From Eledone cirrhosa (taxonomy: Eukaryota): a stretch of 64,000 bases of DNA. The translations under genes were made by a program, and so were the position numbers. The notes under the pieces were generated by a model. That model saw only the letters and a list, made by a program, of their open reading frames with translations, had not been told where the DNA came from and made no database searches. The first letter of the stretch is position 1, and every line of letters starts with the position of its first letter. Positions 40,441 to 55,400 of this stretch are shown here, in pieces. The DNA lies in assembly GCA_964016885.1 (NCBI GenBank), contig OZ024741.1, forward strand, positions 247,504,001 to 247,568,000. Reading direction: 5' to 3'.

Positions 40441-43400
40441 CTTGATTTTTTTTAGAAATTATCTCCCCCTGATTTTTTTTTACAAATTATCTCCCCCTGA
40501 TTTTTTATTACAAATTATCTCCCCCTGATTTTTGTTTACAAATTATCTCCGCCTGATTTTTTTTTTAAAATTATCTCCCCTTGGACGGCTGGAAATTATC
40601 TCCCCTTGGACGGCTAGAAATTACCTCTCCTTGGACGGCTGAAAATTATCTCCACTTGGACGGCTGGAAATTATCTCCCCTTGATTTTTTTACAAATTAT
40701 CTCCCCCTGATTTTTTTTTACAAATTATCTACCCCTGATTTTTTTTTACAAATTATCTACCCCTGATTTTTTTTTACAAATTATCTCCCCCTGATTTTTT
40801 TTACAAATTATCTCCCTCTGATTTTTTTTTTACAAATTATCTCCCCCTGATTTTTTTACAAATTATCTCCCCCTGATTTTTTTTACAAATTATCTCCGCC
40901 TGATTTTTTTAAATATTATCTCTCCTTGGCTGGCGGGAAATTATCTCCCCTTGGACGGCTGGAAATTATCTCCCCTTGGAAGGATGGAAATTATCTCCCC
41001 TTGGACGGCTGGAAATTATCTCCCCTTGGACGGCTGGAAATTACCTCCCCTTGATTTTTTTACAAATTATCTCCCCCTGATTTTTTTTTACAAATTATCT
41101 CCCCCTGATTTTTGTTTACAAATTATCTCCCCTTGGACGGCTGGAAATTATCTCCCTTTGGACGGCTAGAAATTACCTCTCCTTGGACGGCTGAAAATTA
41201 TCTCCCCTTGGACGGCTGGAAATTATCTCCCCTTGATTTTTTTACAAATTATCTCCCCCTGATTTTTTTTTTACAAATTATCTCACCCTGATTTTTTTTA
41301 CAAATTATCTACCCCTGATTTTTTTTTACAAATTATCTCCCCCTGATTTTTTTTACAAATTATCTCCCCCTGATTTTTTTTTTACAAATTATCTCCCCCT
41401 GATTTTTTTACAAATTATCTCCCCCTGATTTTTTTTACAAATTATCTCCGCCTGATTTTTTTAAATATTATCTCTCCTTGGCTGGCGGGAAATTATCTCC
41501 CCTTGGACGGCTGGAAATTATCTCCCCTTGGAAGGATGGAAATTATCTCCCCTTGGACGGCTGGAAATTATCTACCCCTGATTTTTTTTACAAATTATCT
41601 CCCCCTGATTTATTTTACAAATTATCTCCCCCTGATTTTTTTTTAAAAAATTATCTCCCCCTGATTTTTTTACAAATTATCTCCCCCTGATTTTTTTTAC
41701 AAATTATCTCCGCCTGATTTTTTTAAATATTATCTTACCTTGGCTGGCGGGAAATTATCTACCCTTGGACGGCTGAAAATTATCTCCCCTTGGACGGCTG
41801 GAAATTATCTCCCCCTGATTTTTTTTACAAATTATCTCCCCCTGATTTTTTTTTTACAAATTATCTCCGCCTGATTTTTTTTAAAAAATTATCTCCCCTT
41901 GGACGGCTGGAAATTATCTCCCCTTGGACGGCTGGAAATTATCTCCCCTTGGACGGCTAGAAATTATCTCTCCTTGGACGGCTGAAAATTATCTCCCCTT
42001 GGACGGCTGCAAATTATCTCCCCTTGATTTTTTTTACAAATTATCTCCCCCTGATTTTTTTTACAAATTATCTCCCCCTGATTTTTTTTACAAATTATCT
42101 ACCCCTGATTTTTTTTACAAATTATCTCCCCCTGATTTTTTTTTACAAATTATCTCCCTCTGATTTTTTTTTACAATCTCCCCCTGATTTTTTTTTTACA
42201 AATTATCTCCCCCTGATTTTTTTACAAATTATCTCCCCCTGATTTTTTTTACAATCTCCGCCTGATTTTTTTAAAAATTATCTTCCCTTGGCTGGCGGGA
42301 AATTATCTCCCCTTGGACGGCTGGAAATTATCTCCCCTTGGAAGGATGGAAATTATCTCCCCTTGGACGGCTGGAAATTATCTCCCCTTGCACGGCTGGA
42401 AATTATCTCCCCTTGGCTGGAAATTATCTCCCCTTGGACGGCTAGAAATTATCTCTCTTTGGACGGCTGGAAATTATCTCCCTTTGATTTTTTTTACAAA
42501 TTATCTCCCTCTGATTTTTTTTACAAATCTCCCCCTGATTTTTTAAAAAAAATTATCTCCCCTTCGCTGGCTGGAAATTATCTCCCCTTGGACACTGGAA
42601 ATTATAGCCCCTTGGAGGGCTGGAAATTATCTTCTCTTGGACGGCTGGAAATTATCTCCCCTTGATTTTTTTTACAAATTATCTCCGCCTGATTTTTTTT
42701 TAAAATTATCTCTCCTTGGACGGCTGGAAATTATCTCCCCTTGATTTTTTTTACAAATTATCTCCCCCTGATTTTTTTTACAAATTATCTCCCCCTGATT
42801 TTTTTTTACAACTTATCTGCGCCTGATTTTTTTAAAAAAATTATCTCCCCTTGGACGGCTGGAAATTATCTCCCCTTGGACGGCTGGAAATTATCTCTCC
42901 TTGGACGGCTAGAATTTACCTCTCCTTGGACGGCTGAAAATTATCTCCCCTTGGACGGCTGGAAATTACCTCCCCTTGATTTTTTTTACAAATTATCTCC
43001 CCCTGATTTTTTTTTACAAATTATCTCCCCCTGATTTTTGTTTACAAATTATCTCCCGTTGGACGGCTGGAAATTATCTCCCCTTGGACCGCTAGAAATT
43101 ACCTCTCCTTGGACGGCTGAAAATTATCTCCCCTTGGACGGCTGGAAATTATCTCCCCTTGATTTTTTTACAAATTATCTCCCCCTGATTTTTTTTTTAC
43201 AAATTATCTCACCCTGATTTTTTTTACAAATTATCTACCCCTGATTTTTTTTCACAAATTATCTCCCCCTGATTTTTTTTACAAATTATCTCCCCCTGAT
43301 TTTTTTTTTACAAATTATCTCCCCCTGATTTTTTTTACAAATTATCTCCGCCTGATTTTTTTAAATATTATCTCTCCTTGGCTGGCGGGAAATTATCTTC

Positions 43401-46400
43401 CCTTGGACGGCTGGAAATTATCTCCCCTTGGAAGGATGGAAATTATCTCCCCTTGGACGGCTGGAAATTATCTACCCCTGATTTTTTTTACAAATTATCT
43501 CCCCCTGATTTATTTTACAAATTATCTCCCCCTGATTTTTTTTTTTAAAATTATCTCCCCCTGATTTTTTTACAAATTATCTCCCCCTGATTTTTTTTAC
43601 AAATTATCTCCGCCTGATTTTTTTAAATATTATCTTACCTTGGCTGGCGGGAAATTATCTCCCCTTGGACGGCTGAAAATTATCTCCCCTTGGACGGCTG
43701 GAAATTATCTCCCCTTGATTTTTTTTACAAATTATCTCCCCCTGATTTTTTTTTACAAATTATCTCCGCCTGATTTTTAAAAAAAAATTATCTCCCCTTC
43801 GCTGGCTGGAAATTATCTCCCCTTGGACGCTGGAAATTATAGCCCCTTGGAGGGCTGGAAATTATCTTCCCTTGGACGGCTGGAAATTATCTCCCCTTGA
43901 TTTTTTTTACAAATTATCTCCCCCTGATTTTTTTTTACAAATTATCTCCCCCTGATTTTTTTTTACAAATTATCTCCCCCTGATTTTTTTTTTACAAATT
44001 ATCTCCGCCTGATTTTTTTAAAAAAATTATCTCCCCTTGGACGGCTGGAAATTATCTCCCTTTGGACGGCTGGAAATTATCTCCCCTTGGACGGCTAGAA
44101 ATTATCTCTCCTTGGACGGCTGAAAATTATCTCCCCTTGGACGGCTGCAAATTATCTCCCCTTGATTTTTTTTACAAATTATCTCCCCCTGATTTTTTTT
44201 ACAAATTATCTCCCCCTGATTTTTTTTACAAATTATCTACCCCTGATTTTTTTTACAAATTATCTCCCCCTGATTTTTTTTTACAAATTATCTCCCTCTG
44301 ATTTTTTTTTACAAATTATCTCCCCCTGATTTTTTTTTTACAAATTATCTCCCCCTGATTTTTTTACAAATTATCTCCCCCTGATTTTTTTTACAATCTC
44401 CGCCTGATTTTTTTAAAAATTATCTTCCCTTGGCTGGCGGGAAATTATCTCCCCTTGGACGGCTGGAAATTATCTCCCCTTGGAAGGATGGAAATTATCT
44501 CCCCTTGGACGGCTGGAAATTATCTCCCTTTGATTTTTTTTACAAATTATCTCCCTCTGATTTTTTTTACAAATCTCCCCCTGATTTTTTTAAAAAAATT
44601 ATCTCCCCTTCGCTGGCTGGAAATTATCTCCCCTTGGACACTGGAAATTATAGCCCCTTGGAGGGCTGGAAATTATCTTCTCTTGGACGGCTGGAAATTA
44701 TCTCCCCTTGATTTTTTTTACAAATTATCTCCGCCTGATTTTTTTTTTAAATTATCTCTCCTTGGACGGCTGGAAATTATCTCCCCTTGATTTTTTAAAA
44801 AATTATCTCCCCTTGGAAGGCTGGAAATTATCTCCCCTTGGCTGGAAATTATCTCCCCTTGGACGGCTAGAAATTATCTCTCTTTGGACGGCTGGAAATT
44901 ATCACCCCTTGAGTTTTTTTACAAATTATCTCCCCCTGATTTTTTTTACAAATCTCCCAGTGATTTTTTAAAAAAAATTATCTCCCCTTCGCTGGCTGGA
45001 AATTATCTCCCCTTGGACGCTGGAAATTATAGCCCCTTGGAGGGCTGGAAATTATCTTCCCTTGGACGGCTGGAAATTATCTCCCCTTGATTTTTTTTAC
45101 AAATTATCTCCCCCTGATTTTTTTTACAAATTATCTCCCCCTGATTTTTTTTACAACTTATCTGCGCCTGATTTTTTTTAAAAAATTATCTCCCCTTGGA
45201 CGGCTGGAAATTATCTCCCCTTGGACGGCTGGAAATTATCTCTCCTTGGACGGCTAGAATTTACCTCTCCTTGGACGGCTGAAAATTATCTCCCCTTGGA
45301 CGGCTGGAAATTACCTCCCCTTGATTTTTTTTACAAATTATCTCCCCCTGATTTTTTTTTACAAATTATCTCCCCCTGATTTTTTTTTACAAATTATCTC
45401 CCCCTGATTTTTTTTTACAAATTATCTCCCCCTGATTTTTTTTACAAATTATCTCCCCTTGGCTGGCTGGAAATTATCTCCCCTTGGAGGCTGGAACTTA
45501 TCTCCCCTTGGACGGCTGGAACTTATCTCCCCTTGGACGGCTAGAAATTACCTCTCCTTGGACGGCTGGAAAATATGTCTCCTTGGACGGCTGGAAATTA
45601 TCTCCCCTTGGACGGCTGGAAATTATCTCCCTTGGACGGCTGGAAATTATCTCCCCTTGGATGGCTAGATATTACCTCCCCTTGGACGGCTGGAAATTAT
45701 CTCCCCTTGATTTTTTTTAGAAATTATCTCCCCCTGATTTTTTTTTACAAATTATCTCCCCCTGATTTTTTATTACAAATTATCTCCCCCTGATTTTTGT
45801 TTACAAATTATCTCCGCCTGATTTTTTTTTAAAAATTATCTCCCCTTGGACGGCTGGAAATTATCTCCCCTTGGACGGCTAGAAATTACCTCTCCTTGGA
45901 CGGCTGAAAATTATCTCCACTTGGACGGCTGGAAATTATCTCCCCTTGATTTTTTTACAAATTATCTCCCCCTGATTTTTTTTTACAAATTATCTACCCC
46001 TGATTTTTTTTTACAAATTATCTACCCCTGATTTTTTTTTACAAATTATCTCCCCCTGATTTTTTTTACAAATTATCTCCCTCTGATTTTTTTTTTACAA
46101 ATTATCTCCCCCTGATTTTTTTACAAATTATCTCCCCCTGATTTTTTTTACAAATTATCTCCGCCTGATTTTTTTAAATATTATCTCACCTTGGCTGGCG
46201 GGAAATTATCTCCCCTTGGACGGCTGGAAATTATCTCCCCTTGGAAGGATGGAAATTATCTCCCCTTGGACGGCTGGAAATTATCTCCCCTTGGACGGCT
46301 GGAAATTACCTCCCCTTGATTTTTTTACAAATTATCTCCCCCTGATTTTTTTTTACAAATTATCTCCCCCTGATTTTTGTTTACAAATTATCTCCCCTTG

Positions 46401-49400
46401 GACGGCTGGAAATTATCTCCCCTTGGACGGCTAGAAATTACCTCTCCTTGGACGGCTGAAAATTATCTCCCCTTGGACGGCTGGAAATTATCTCCCCTTG
46501 ATTTTTTTACAAATTATCTCCCCCTGATTTTTTTTTTACAAATTATCTCACCCTGATTTTTTTTACAAATTATCTACCCCTGATTTTTTTTTACAAATTA
46601 TCTCCCCCTGATTTTTTTTACAAATTATCTCCCCCTGATTTTTTTTTTACAAATTATCTCCCCCTGATTTTTTTACAAATTATCTCCCCCTGATTTTTTT
46701 TACAAATTATCTCCGCCTGATTTTTTTAAATATTATCTCTCCTTGGCTGGCGGGAAATTATCTCCCCTTGGACGGCTGGAAATTATCTCCCCTTGGAAGG
46801 ATGGAAATTATCTCCCCTTGGACGGCTGGAAATTATCTACCCCTGATTTTTTTTACAAATTATCTCCCCCTGATTTATTTTACAAATTATCTACCCCTGA
46901 TTTTTTTTTTAAAAATTATCTCCCCCTGATTTTTTTACAAATTATCTCCCCCTGATTTTTTTTACAAATTATCTCCGCCTGATTTTTTTAAATATTATCT
47001 TACCTTGGCTGGCGGGAAATTATCTACCCTTGGACGGCTGAAAATTATCTCCCCTTGGACGGCTGGAAATTATCTCCCCCTGATTTTTTTTACAAATTAT
47101 CTCCCCCTGATTTTTTTTTTACAAATTATCTCCGCCTGATTTTTTTTAAAAAATTATCTCCCCTTGGACGGCTGGAAATTATCTCCCCTTGGACGGCTGG
47201 AAATTATCTCCCCTTGGACGGCTAGAAATTATCTCTCCTTGGACGGCTGAAAATTATCTCCCCTTGGACGGCTGCAAATTATCTCCCCTTGATTTTTTTT
47301 ACAAATTATCTCCCCCTGATTTTTTTTACAAATTATCTCCCCCTGATTTTTTTTACAAATTATCTACCCCTGATTTTTTTTACAAATTATCTCCCCCTGA
47401 TTTTTTTTTACAAATTATCTCCCTCTGATTTTTTTTTACAAATTATCTCCCCCTGATTTTTTTTTTACAAATTATCTCCCCCTGATTTTTTTACAAATTA
47501 TCTCCCCCTGATTTTTTTTACAATCTCCGCCTGATTTTTTTAAAAATTATCTTCCCTTGGCTGGCGGGAAATTATCTCCCCTTGGACGGCTGGAAATTAT
47601 CTCCCCTTGGAAGGATGGAAATTATCTCCCCTTGGACGGCTGGAAATTATCTCCCCTTGCACGGCTGGAAATTATCTCCCCTTGGCTGGAAATTATCTCC
47701 CCTTGGACGGCTAGAAATTATCTCTCTTTGGACGGCTGGAAATTATCTCCCTTTGATTTTTTTTACAAATTATCTCCCTCTGATTTTTTTTACAAATCTC
47801 CCCCTGATTTTTTAAAAAAAATTATCTCCCCTTCGCTGGCTGGAAATTATCTCCCCTTGGACACTGGAAATTATAGCCCCTTGGAGGGCTGGAAATTGTC
47901 TTCTCTTGGACGGCTGGAAATTATCTCCCCTTGATTTTTTTTACAAATTATCTCCGCCTGATTTATTTTTTAAATTATCTCTCCTTGGACGGCTGGAAAT
48001 TACCTCCCCTTGATTTTTTTTACAAATTATCTCCCCCTGATTTTTTTTACAAATTATCTCCCCCTGATTTTTTTTTACAACTTATCTGCGCCTGATTTTT
48101 TTTAAAAAATTATCTCCCCTTGGACGGCTGGAAATTATCTCCCCTTGGACGGCTGGAAATTATCTCTCCTTGGACGGCTAGAATTTACCTCTCCTTGGAC
48201 GGCTGAAAATTATCTCCCCTTGGACGGCTGGAAATTACCTCCCCTTGATTTTTTTTACAAATTATCTCCCCCTGATTTTTTTTTACAAATTATCTCCCCC
48301 TGATTTTTGTTTACAAATTATCTCCCCTTGGACGGCTGGAAATTATCTCCCCTTGGACCGCTAGAAATTACCTCTCCTTCGACGGCTGAAAATTATCTCC
48401 CCTTGGACGGCTGGAAATTATCTCCCCTTGATTTTTTTACAAATTATCTCCCCCTGATTTTTTTTTTACAAATTATCTCACCCTGATTTTTTTTACAAAT
48501 TATCTACCCCTGATTTTTTTTCACAAATTATCTCCCCCTGATTTTTTTTACAAATTATCTCCCCCTGATTTTTTTTTTACAAATTATCTCCCCCTGATTT
48601 TTTTTACAAATTATCTCCGCCTGATTTTTTAAAATATTATCTCTCCTTGGCTGGCGGGAAATTATCTTCCCTTGGACGGCTGGAAATTATCTCCCCTTGG
48701 AAGGATGGAAATTATCTCCCCTTGGACGGCTGGAAATTATCTACCCCTGATTTTTTTTACAAATTATCTCCCCCTGATTTATTTTACAAATTATCTCCCC
48801 CTGATTTTTTTTTTTAAAATTATCTCCCCCTGATTTTTTTACAAATTATCTCCCCCTGATTTTTTTTACAAATTATCTCCGCCTGATTTTTTTAAATATT
48901 ATCTTACCTTGGCTGGCGGGAAATTATCTCCCCTTGGACGGCTGAAAATTATCTCCCCTTGGACGGCTGGAAATTATCTCCCCTTGATTTTTTTTACAAA
49001 TTATCTCCCCCTGATTTTTTTTTACAAATTATCTCCGCCTGATTTTTAAAAAAAAATTATCTCCCCTTCGCTGGCTGGAAATTATCTCCCCTTGGACGCT
49101 GGAAATTATAGCCCCTTGGAGGGCTGGAAATTATCTTCCCTTGGACGGCTGGAAATTATCTCCCCTTGATTTTTTTTACAAATTATCTCCCCCTGATTTT
49201 TTTTTACAAATTATCTCCCCCTGATTTTTTTTTACAAATTATCTCCCCCTGATTTTTTTTTTACAAATTATCTCCGCCTGATTTTTTTAAAAAAATTATC
49301 TCCCCTTGGACGGCTGGAAATTATCTCCCTTTGGACGGCTGGAAATTATCTCCCCTTGGACGGCTAGAAATTATCTCTCCTTGGACGGCTGAAAATTATC

Positions 49401-52400
49401 TCCCCTTGGACGGCTGCAAATTATCTCCCCTTGATTTTTTTTACAAATTATCTCCCCCTGATTTTTTTTACAAATTATCTCCCCCTGATTTTTTTTACAA
49501 ATTATCTACCCCTGATTTTTTTTACAAATTATCTCCCCCTGATTTTTTTTTACAAATTATCTCCCTCTGATTTTTTTTTACAAATTATCTCCCCCTGATT
49601 TTTTTTTTACAAATTATCTCCCCCTGATTTTTTTACAAATTATCTCCCCCTGATTTTTTTTACAATCTCCGCCTGATTTTTTTAAAAATTATCTTCCCTT
49701 GGCTGGCGGGAAATTATCTCCCCTTGGACGGCTGGAAATTATCTCCCCTTGGAAGGATGGAAATTATCTCCCCTTGGACGGCTGGAAATTATCTCCCTTT
49801 GATTTTTTTTACAAATTATCTCCCTCTGATTTTTTTTACAAATCTCCCCCTGATTTTTTTAAAAAAATTATCTCCCCTTCGCTGGCTGGAAATTATCTCC
49901 CCTTGGACACTGGAAATTATAGCCCCTTGGAGGGCTGGAAATTATCTTCTCTTGGACGGCTGGAAATTATCTCCCCTTGATTTTTTTTACAAATTATCTC
50001 CGTCTGATTTTTTTTTTAAATTATCTCTCCTTGGACGGCTGGAAATTATCTCCCCTTGATTTTTTAAAAAATTATCTCCCCTTGGAAGGCTGGAAATTAT
50101 CTCCCCTTGGCTGGAAATTATCTCCCCTTGGACGGCTAGAAATTATCTCTCTTTGGACGGCTGGAAATTATCACCCCTTGAGTTTTTTTACAAATTATCT
50201 CCCCCTGATTTTTTTTACAAATCTCCCAGTGATTTTTTAAAAAAAATTATCTCCCCTTCGCTGGCTGGAAATTATCTCCCCTTGGACGCTGGAAATTATA
50301 GCCCCTTGGAGGGCTGGAAATTATCTTCCCTTGGACGGCTGGAAATTATCTCCCTTGATTTTTTTTACAAATTATCTCCCCCTGATTTTTTTTACAAATT
50401 ATCTCCCCCTGATTTTTTTTTACAACTTATCTGCGCCTGATTTTTTTTAAAAAATTATCTCCCCTTGGACGGCTGGAAATTATCTCCCCTTGGACGGCTG
50501 GAAATTATCTCTCCTTGGACGGCTAGAATTTACCTCTCCTTGGACGGCTGAAAATTATCTCCCCTTGGACGGCTGGAAATTACCTCCCCTTGATTTTTTT
50601 TACAAATTATCTCCCCCTGATTTTTTTTTACAAATTATCTCCCCCTGATTTTTTTTTACAAATTATCTCCCCCTGATTTTTTTTTACAAATTATCTCCCC
50701 CTGATTTTTTTTACAAATTATCTCCCCTTGGCTGGCTGGAAATTATCTCCCCTTGGAGGCTGGAACTTATCTCCCCTTGGACGGCTGGAACTTATCTCCC
50801 CTTGGACGGCTAGAAATTACCTCTCCTTGGACGGCTGGAAAATATGTCTCCTTGGACGGCTGGAAATTATCTCCCCTTGGACGGCTGGAAATTATCTCCC
50901 TTGGACGGCTGGAAATTATCTCCCCTTGGATGGCTAGATATTACCTCCCCTTGGACGGCTGGAAATTATCTCCCCTTGATTTTTTTTAGAAATTATCTCC
51001 CCCTGATTTTTTTTTACAAATTATCTCCCCCTGATTTTTTATTACAAATTATCTCCCCCTGATTTTTGTTTACAAATTATCTCCGCCTGATTTTTTTTTT
51101 AAAATTATCTCCCCTTGGACGGCTGGAAATTATCTCCCCTTGGACGGCTAGAAATTACCTCTCCTTGGACGGCTGAAAATTATCTCCACTTGGACGGCTG
51201 GAAATTATCTCCCCTTGATTTTTTTACAAATTATCTCCCCCTGATTTTTTTTTACAAATTATCTACCCCTGATTTTTTTTTACAAATTATCTACCCCTGA
51301 TTTTTTTTTACAAATTATCTCCCTCTGATTTTTTTTACAAATTATCTCCCTCTGATTTTTTTTTTACAAATTATCTCCCCCTGATTTTTTTACAAATTAT
51401 CTCCCCCTGATTTTTTTTACAAATTATCTCCGCCTGATTTTTTTAAATATTATCTCTCCTTGGCTGGCGGGAAATTATCTCCCCTTGGACGGCTGGAAAT
51501 TATCTCCCCTTGGAAGGATGGAAATTATCTCCCCTTGGACGGCTGGAAATTATCTACCCCTGATTTTTTTTACAAATTATCTCCCCCTGATTTTTTTTAC
51601 AAATTATCTCCCCCTGATTTTTTTTTACAAATTATCTACCCCTGATTTTTTTTACAAATTATCTCCCCCTGATTTTTTTTACAAATTATCTCCCCCTGAT
51701 TTTTTTTTTACAAATTATCTCCCCCTGATTTTTTTACAAATTATCTCCCCCTGATTTTTTTTACAAATTATCTCCCCTTGGAGGCTGGAATTTATCTCCC
51801 CTTGGACGGCTAGAAATTACCTCTCCTTGGACGGCTGGAAAATATGTCTCCTTGGACGGCTGGATATTATCTCCCCTTGGACGGCTGAAAATTATCTCCC
51901 CTTGGACGGCTGGAAATTATCTCCCCTTGATTTTTTTTACAAATTATCTCCCCCTGATTTTTTTTTACAAATTATCTCCCCCTGATTTTTTTTACAAATT
52001 ATCTCCCCCTGATTTTTTTTTACAAATTATCTGCCGCTGATTTTTTTTACAAATTATCTCCCCTTGGAGGCTGGAATTTATCTCCCCTTGGACGGCTAGA
52101 AATTACCTCTCCTTGGACGGCTGGAAAATATGTCTCCTTGGACAGCTGGATATTATCTCCCCTTGGACGGCTGGAAATTATCTCCCCATGGACGGCTGGA
52201 AATTATCTCCCCTTGGACGGCTAGAAATTATCTCTCCTTGGACGGCTGAAAATTATCTCCCCTTGGACGGCTGCAAATTATCTCCCCTTGATTTTTTTTA
52301 TAAATTATCTCCCCCTGATTTTTTTTACAAATTATCTCCCCCTGATTTTTTTTACAAATTATCTACCCCTGATTTTTTTTACAAATTATCTCCCCCTGAT

Positions 52401-55400
52401 TTTTTTTTACAAATTATCTACCTCTGATTTTTTTTTACAAATTATCTTCCCCTGATTTTTTTACAAATTATCTCCCCCTGATTTTTTTTACAATCTCCGC
52501 CTGATTTTTTTAAAAATTATCTTCCCTTGGCTGGCGGGAAATTATCTCCCCTTGGACGGCTGGAAATTATCTCCCCTTGGAAGGATGGAAATTATCTCCC
52601 CTTGGACGGCTGGAAATTATCTCCCCTTGCACGGCTGGAAATTATCGCCCCTTGGCTGGAAATTATCTCCCCTTGGACGGCTAGAAATTATCTCTCTTTG
52701 GACGGCTGGAAATTATCACCCCTTGAGTTTTTTACAAATTATCTCCCCCTGATTTTTTTTACAAATCTCCCAGTGATTTTTTAAAAAAATTATCTCCCCT
52801 TGGACGGCTGGAAATTATCTCCCCTTGGACGGCTGGAAATTATCTCGCCTTGGACAGCTAGAATTTACCTCTCCTTGGACGGCTGAAAATTATCTCCCCT
52901 TGGGCGGCTGGAAATTATCTCCCCTTGATTGTTTTTACAAATTATCTCCCCCTGATTTTTTTTACAAATTATCTCCCCCTGATTTTTTTTTACAAATTAT
53001 CTGCCGCTGATTTTTTTTACAAATTATCTCCCCTTGGAGGCTGGAATTTATCTCCCCTTGGACGGCTAGAAATTACCTCTCCTTGGACGGCTGAAAATTA
53101 TCTCCCCTTGGACGGCTGCAAATTATCTCCCCTTGATTTTTTTTATAAATTATCTTCCCCTGATTTTTTTTACAAATTATCTCCCCCTGATTTTTTTTAC
53201 AAATTATCTACCCCTGATTTTTTTTACAAATTATCTCCCCCTGATTTTTTTTTACAAATTATCTAACTCTGATTTTTTTTTACAAATTATCTCCCCCTGA
53301 TTTTTTTTTTACAAATTATCTTCCCCTGATTTTTTTACAAATTATCTCCCCCTGATTTTTTTTACAATCTCCGCCTGATTTTTTTAAAAATTATCTTCCC
53401 TTGGCTGGCGGGAAATTATCTCCCCTTGGACGGCTGGAAATTATCTCCCCTTGGAAGGATGGAAATTATCTCCCCTTGGACGGCTGGAAATTATCTCCCC
53501 TTGCACGGCTGGAAATTATCTCCCCTTGGCTGGAAATTATCTCCCCTTGGACGGCTAGAAATTATCTCTCTTTGGACGGCTGGAAATTATCACCCCTTGA
53601 GTTTTTTACAATTTATCTCCCCCTGATTTTTTTTACAAATCTCCCAGTGATTTTTTAAAAAAATTATCTCCCCTTGGACGGCTGGAAATTATCTCCCCTT
53701 GGACGGCTGGAAATTATCTCGCCTTGGACGGCTAGAATTTACCTCTCCTTGGACGGCTGAAAATTATCTCCCCTTGGACGGCTGGAAATTATCTCCCCTT
53801 GATTTTTTTTACAAATTATCTCCCTCTGATTTTTTTTTACAAATTATCTCCCCCTGATTTTTTATTACAAATTATCTCCCCCTGATTTTTGTTTACAAAT
53901 TATCTCCGCCTGATTTTTTTTTAAAAATTATCTCCCCTTGGACGGCTGGAAATTATCTCCCCTTGGACGGCTAGAAATTACCTCTCCTTGGACGGCTGAA
54001 AATTATCTCCACTTGGACGGCTGGAAATTATCTCCCCTTGATTTTTTTACAAATTATCTCCCCCTGATTTTTTTTTACAAATTATCTACCCCTGATTTTT
54101 TTTTACAAATTATCTACCCCTGATTTTTTTTTACAAATTATCTCCCTCTGATTTTTTTTACAAATTATCTCCCTCTGATTTTTTTTTTACAAATTATCTC
54201 CCCCTGATTTTTTTACAAATTATCTCCCCCTGATTTTTTTTTACAAATTATCTCCCCCTGATTTTTTATTACAAATTATCTCCCCCTGATTTTTGTTTAC
54301 AAATTATCTCCGCCTGATTTTTTTTTAAAAATTATCTCCCCTTGGACGGCTGGAAATTATCTCCCCTTGGACGGCTAGAAATTACCTCTCCTTGGACGGC
54401 TGAAAATTATCTCCACTTGGACGGCTGGAAATTATCTCCCCTTGATTTTTTTACAAATTATCTCCCCCTGATTTTTTTTTACAAATTATCTACCCCTGAT
54501 TTTTTTTTACAAATTATCTACCCCTGATTTTTTTTTACAAATTATCTCCCTCTGATTTTTTTTACAAATTATCTCCCTCTGATTTTTTTTTTACAAATTA
54601 TCTCCCCCTGATTTTTTTACAAATTATCTCCCCCTGATTTTTTTTACAAATTATCTCCGCCTGATTTTTTTAAATATTATCTCTCCTTGGCTGGCGGGAA
54701 ATTATCTCCCCTTGGACGGCTGGAAATTATCTCCCCTTGGAAGGATGGAAATTATCTCCCCTTGGACGGCTGGAAATTATCTCCCTTTGATTTTTTTTAC
54801 AAATTATCTCCCTCTGATTTTTTTTACAAATCTCCCCCTGATTTTTTTAAAAAAATTATCTCCCCTTCGCTGGCTGGAAATTATCTCCCCTTGGACACTG
54901 GAAATTATAGCCCCTTGGAGGGCTGGAAATTATCTTCTCTTGGACGGCTGGAAATTATCTCCCCTTGATTTTTTTTACAAATTATCTCCGTCTGATTTTT
55001 TTTTTAAATTATCTCTCCTTGGACGGCTGGAAATTATCTCCCCTTGATTTTTTAAAAAATTATCTCCCCTTGGAAGGCTGGAAATTATCTCCCCTTGGCT
55101 GGAAATTATCTCCCCTTGGACGGCTAGAAATTATCTCTCTTTGGACGGCTGGAAATTATCACCCCTTGAGTTTTTTTACAAATTATCTCCCCCTGATTTT
55201 TTTTACAAATCTCCCAGTGATTTTTTAAAAAAAATTATCTCCCCTTCGCTGGCTGGAAATTATCTCCCCTTGGACGCTGGAAATTATAGCCCCTTGGAGG
55301 GCTGGAAATTATCTTCCCTTGGACGGCTGGAAATTATCTCCCCTTGATTTTTTTTACAAATTATCTCCCCCTGATTTTTTTTACAAATTATCTCCCCCTG